A stretch of 64,000 bases of DNA from a virus (lineage: Duplodnaviria; Caudoviricetes). The position numbers were made by a program, and so were the translations under genes. The DNA lies in IMG/VR virus record IMGVR_UViG_3300047551_002158; one strand, 5' to 3'. This document shows positions 63,435 through 64,000 of this stretch, piece after piece. The notes beneath the pieces are model-generated. The model worked only from the letters and a program-made list of their open reading frames with translations. It searched no databases and was not told the DNA's origin. Numbering within the stretch: position 1 is the first letter of the stretch; every line of letters starts with the position of its first letter.

Positions 63435-64000
63435 ATGACTAAACCAATTCTTACTCCAACTGAATATGATGCTCTCTGTAATATTTTAGAATGGGCGTGG
63501 GAAGTAGTTCGTTGTGAACCAGAACTTTGTTTGAAAGACGTTAATTATTCGTCTGCTTCCAAAGTTGTTTCTGAAACCAGAAGTGAAACTGGACTTTCGG
63601 TTGAATATGAACCGACTGGTGTAGATCCAATTAAAACTGGAGAATGTGGTCTTGGTCTTGCAGAAGCATTTGAATACACACTTGATGAACCAAATGCGGA
63701 AAATATTCATACTATGATTACTAATTTGATGTATAAGTTGAATTGTAATCCAATTCTTGCAAATGGTCTTGGTAATAGTTGGGAAACCCTTTCACCTCTT
63801 GTAGATAATAAAGAGCGTGATCGTTTGGAAGATAGTAATGACGACCAAGATGCTACAACTCAAACACTTGAAGGATATGTTATTGAGCATATTAGTTTGA
63901 AAAACAAAGTTGCCAGACTTCAAGAACATTATGATAATGTTAATGAAATTGGATATATTCAAGTGGATGATAATCTTTGGATTGATGGTGGAAATTCTGA
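63435..64000 (+). CDS. hypothetical protein, 3'-truncated by the window edge
   Basis: MTKPILTPTEYDALC...; the frame stays open to base 64000. Confidence 0.7.
   Translation, partial: MTKPILTPTEYDALCNILEWAWEVVRCEPELCLKDVNYSSASKVVSETRSETGLSVEYEPTGVDPIKTGECGLGLAEAFEYTLDEPNAENIHTMITNLMYKLNCNPILANGLGNSWETLSPLVDNKERDRLEDSNDDQDATTQTLEGYVIEHISLKNKVARLQEHYDNVNEIGYIQVDDNLWIDGGNS

Noticed and set aside
1-64000. Stop-codon reassignment
   Set aside because: Core genes (nrdA, nrdB, primase, psbA, pstS) are full length under the standard bacterial code and no suppressor tRNA was found.

Overview
A 64-kb, AT-rich, almost entirely plus-strand segment of a T4-like cyanobacterial myovirus (Kyanoviridae-like; the gene set suggests a freshwater Synechococcus/Cyanobium phage, which is inference). 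In order it holds: late/virion-type genes, primase (gp61), class Ia ribonucleotide reductase (nrdA/nrdB), homing-endonuclease cassettes, a tail-lysozyme-family gene whose 3' third is duplicated about 4 kb downstream, a tRNA cluster (8 canonical tRNAs, 2 atypical tRNA-like genes, unexplained structured spacers, dps), a wcaG/manA-type RNA, a 16-kb sugar-nucleotide/glycosyltransferase/methyltransferase island with nadE, host-derived auxiliary genes (porin, pstS with a pho box, two hli, peroxiredoxin, psbA with a PhotoRC-II-like leader), lysis genes, a short minus-strand operon with a stand-alone IF2 C-terminal fragment, collagen-like and glycine-rich fibre genes, and a second glycosylation block. 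The top candidate for an undescribed system is at nrdB: an otherwise intact NrdB has Gln in place of the conserved tail Glu residues (including the E. coli E350 equivalent). It is directly followed by a GIY-YIG homing endonuclease and an overlapping ORF with a Cys-His-Asp papain/transglutaminase-like signature, suggesting an endonuclease-immune allele repaired by Gln-to-Glu deamidation. All assignments come from motif recognition by eye; no database searches were run.
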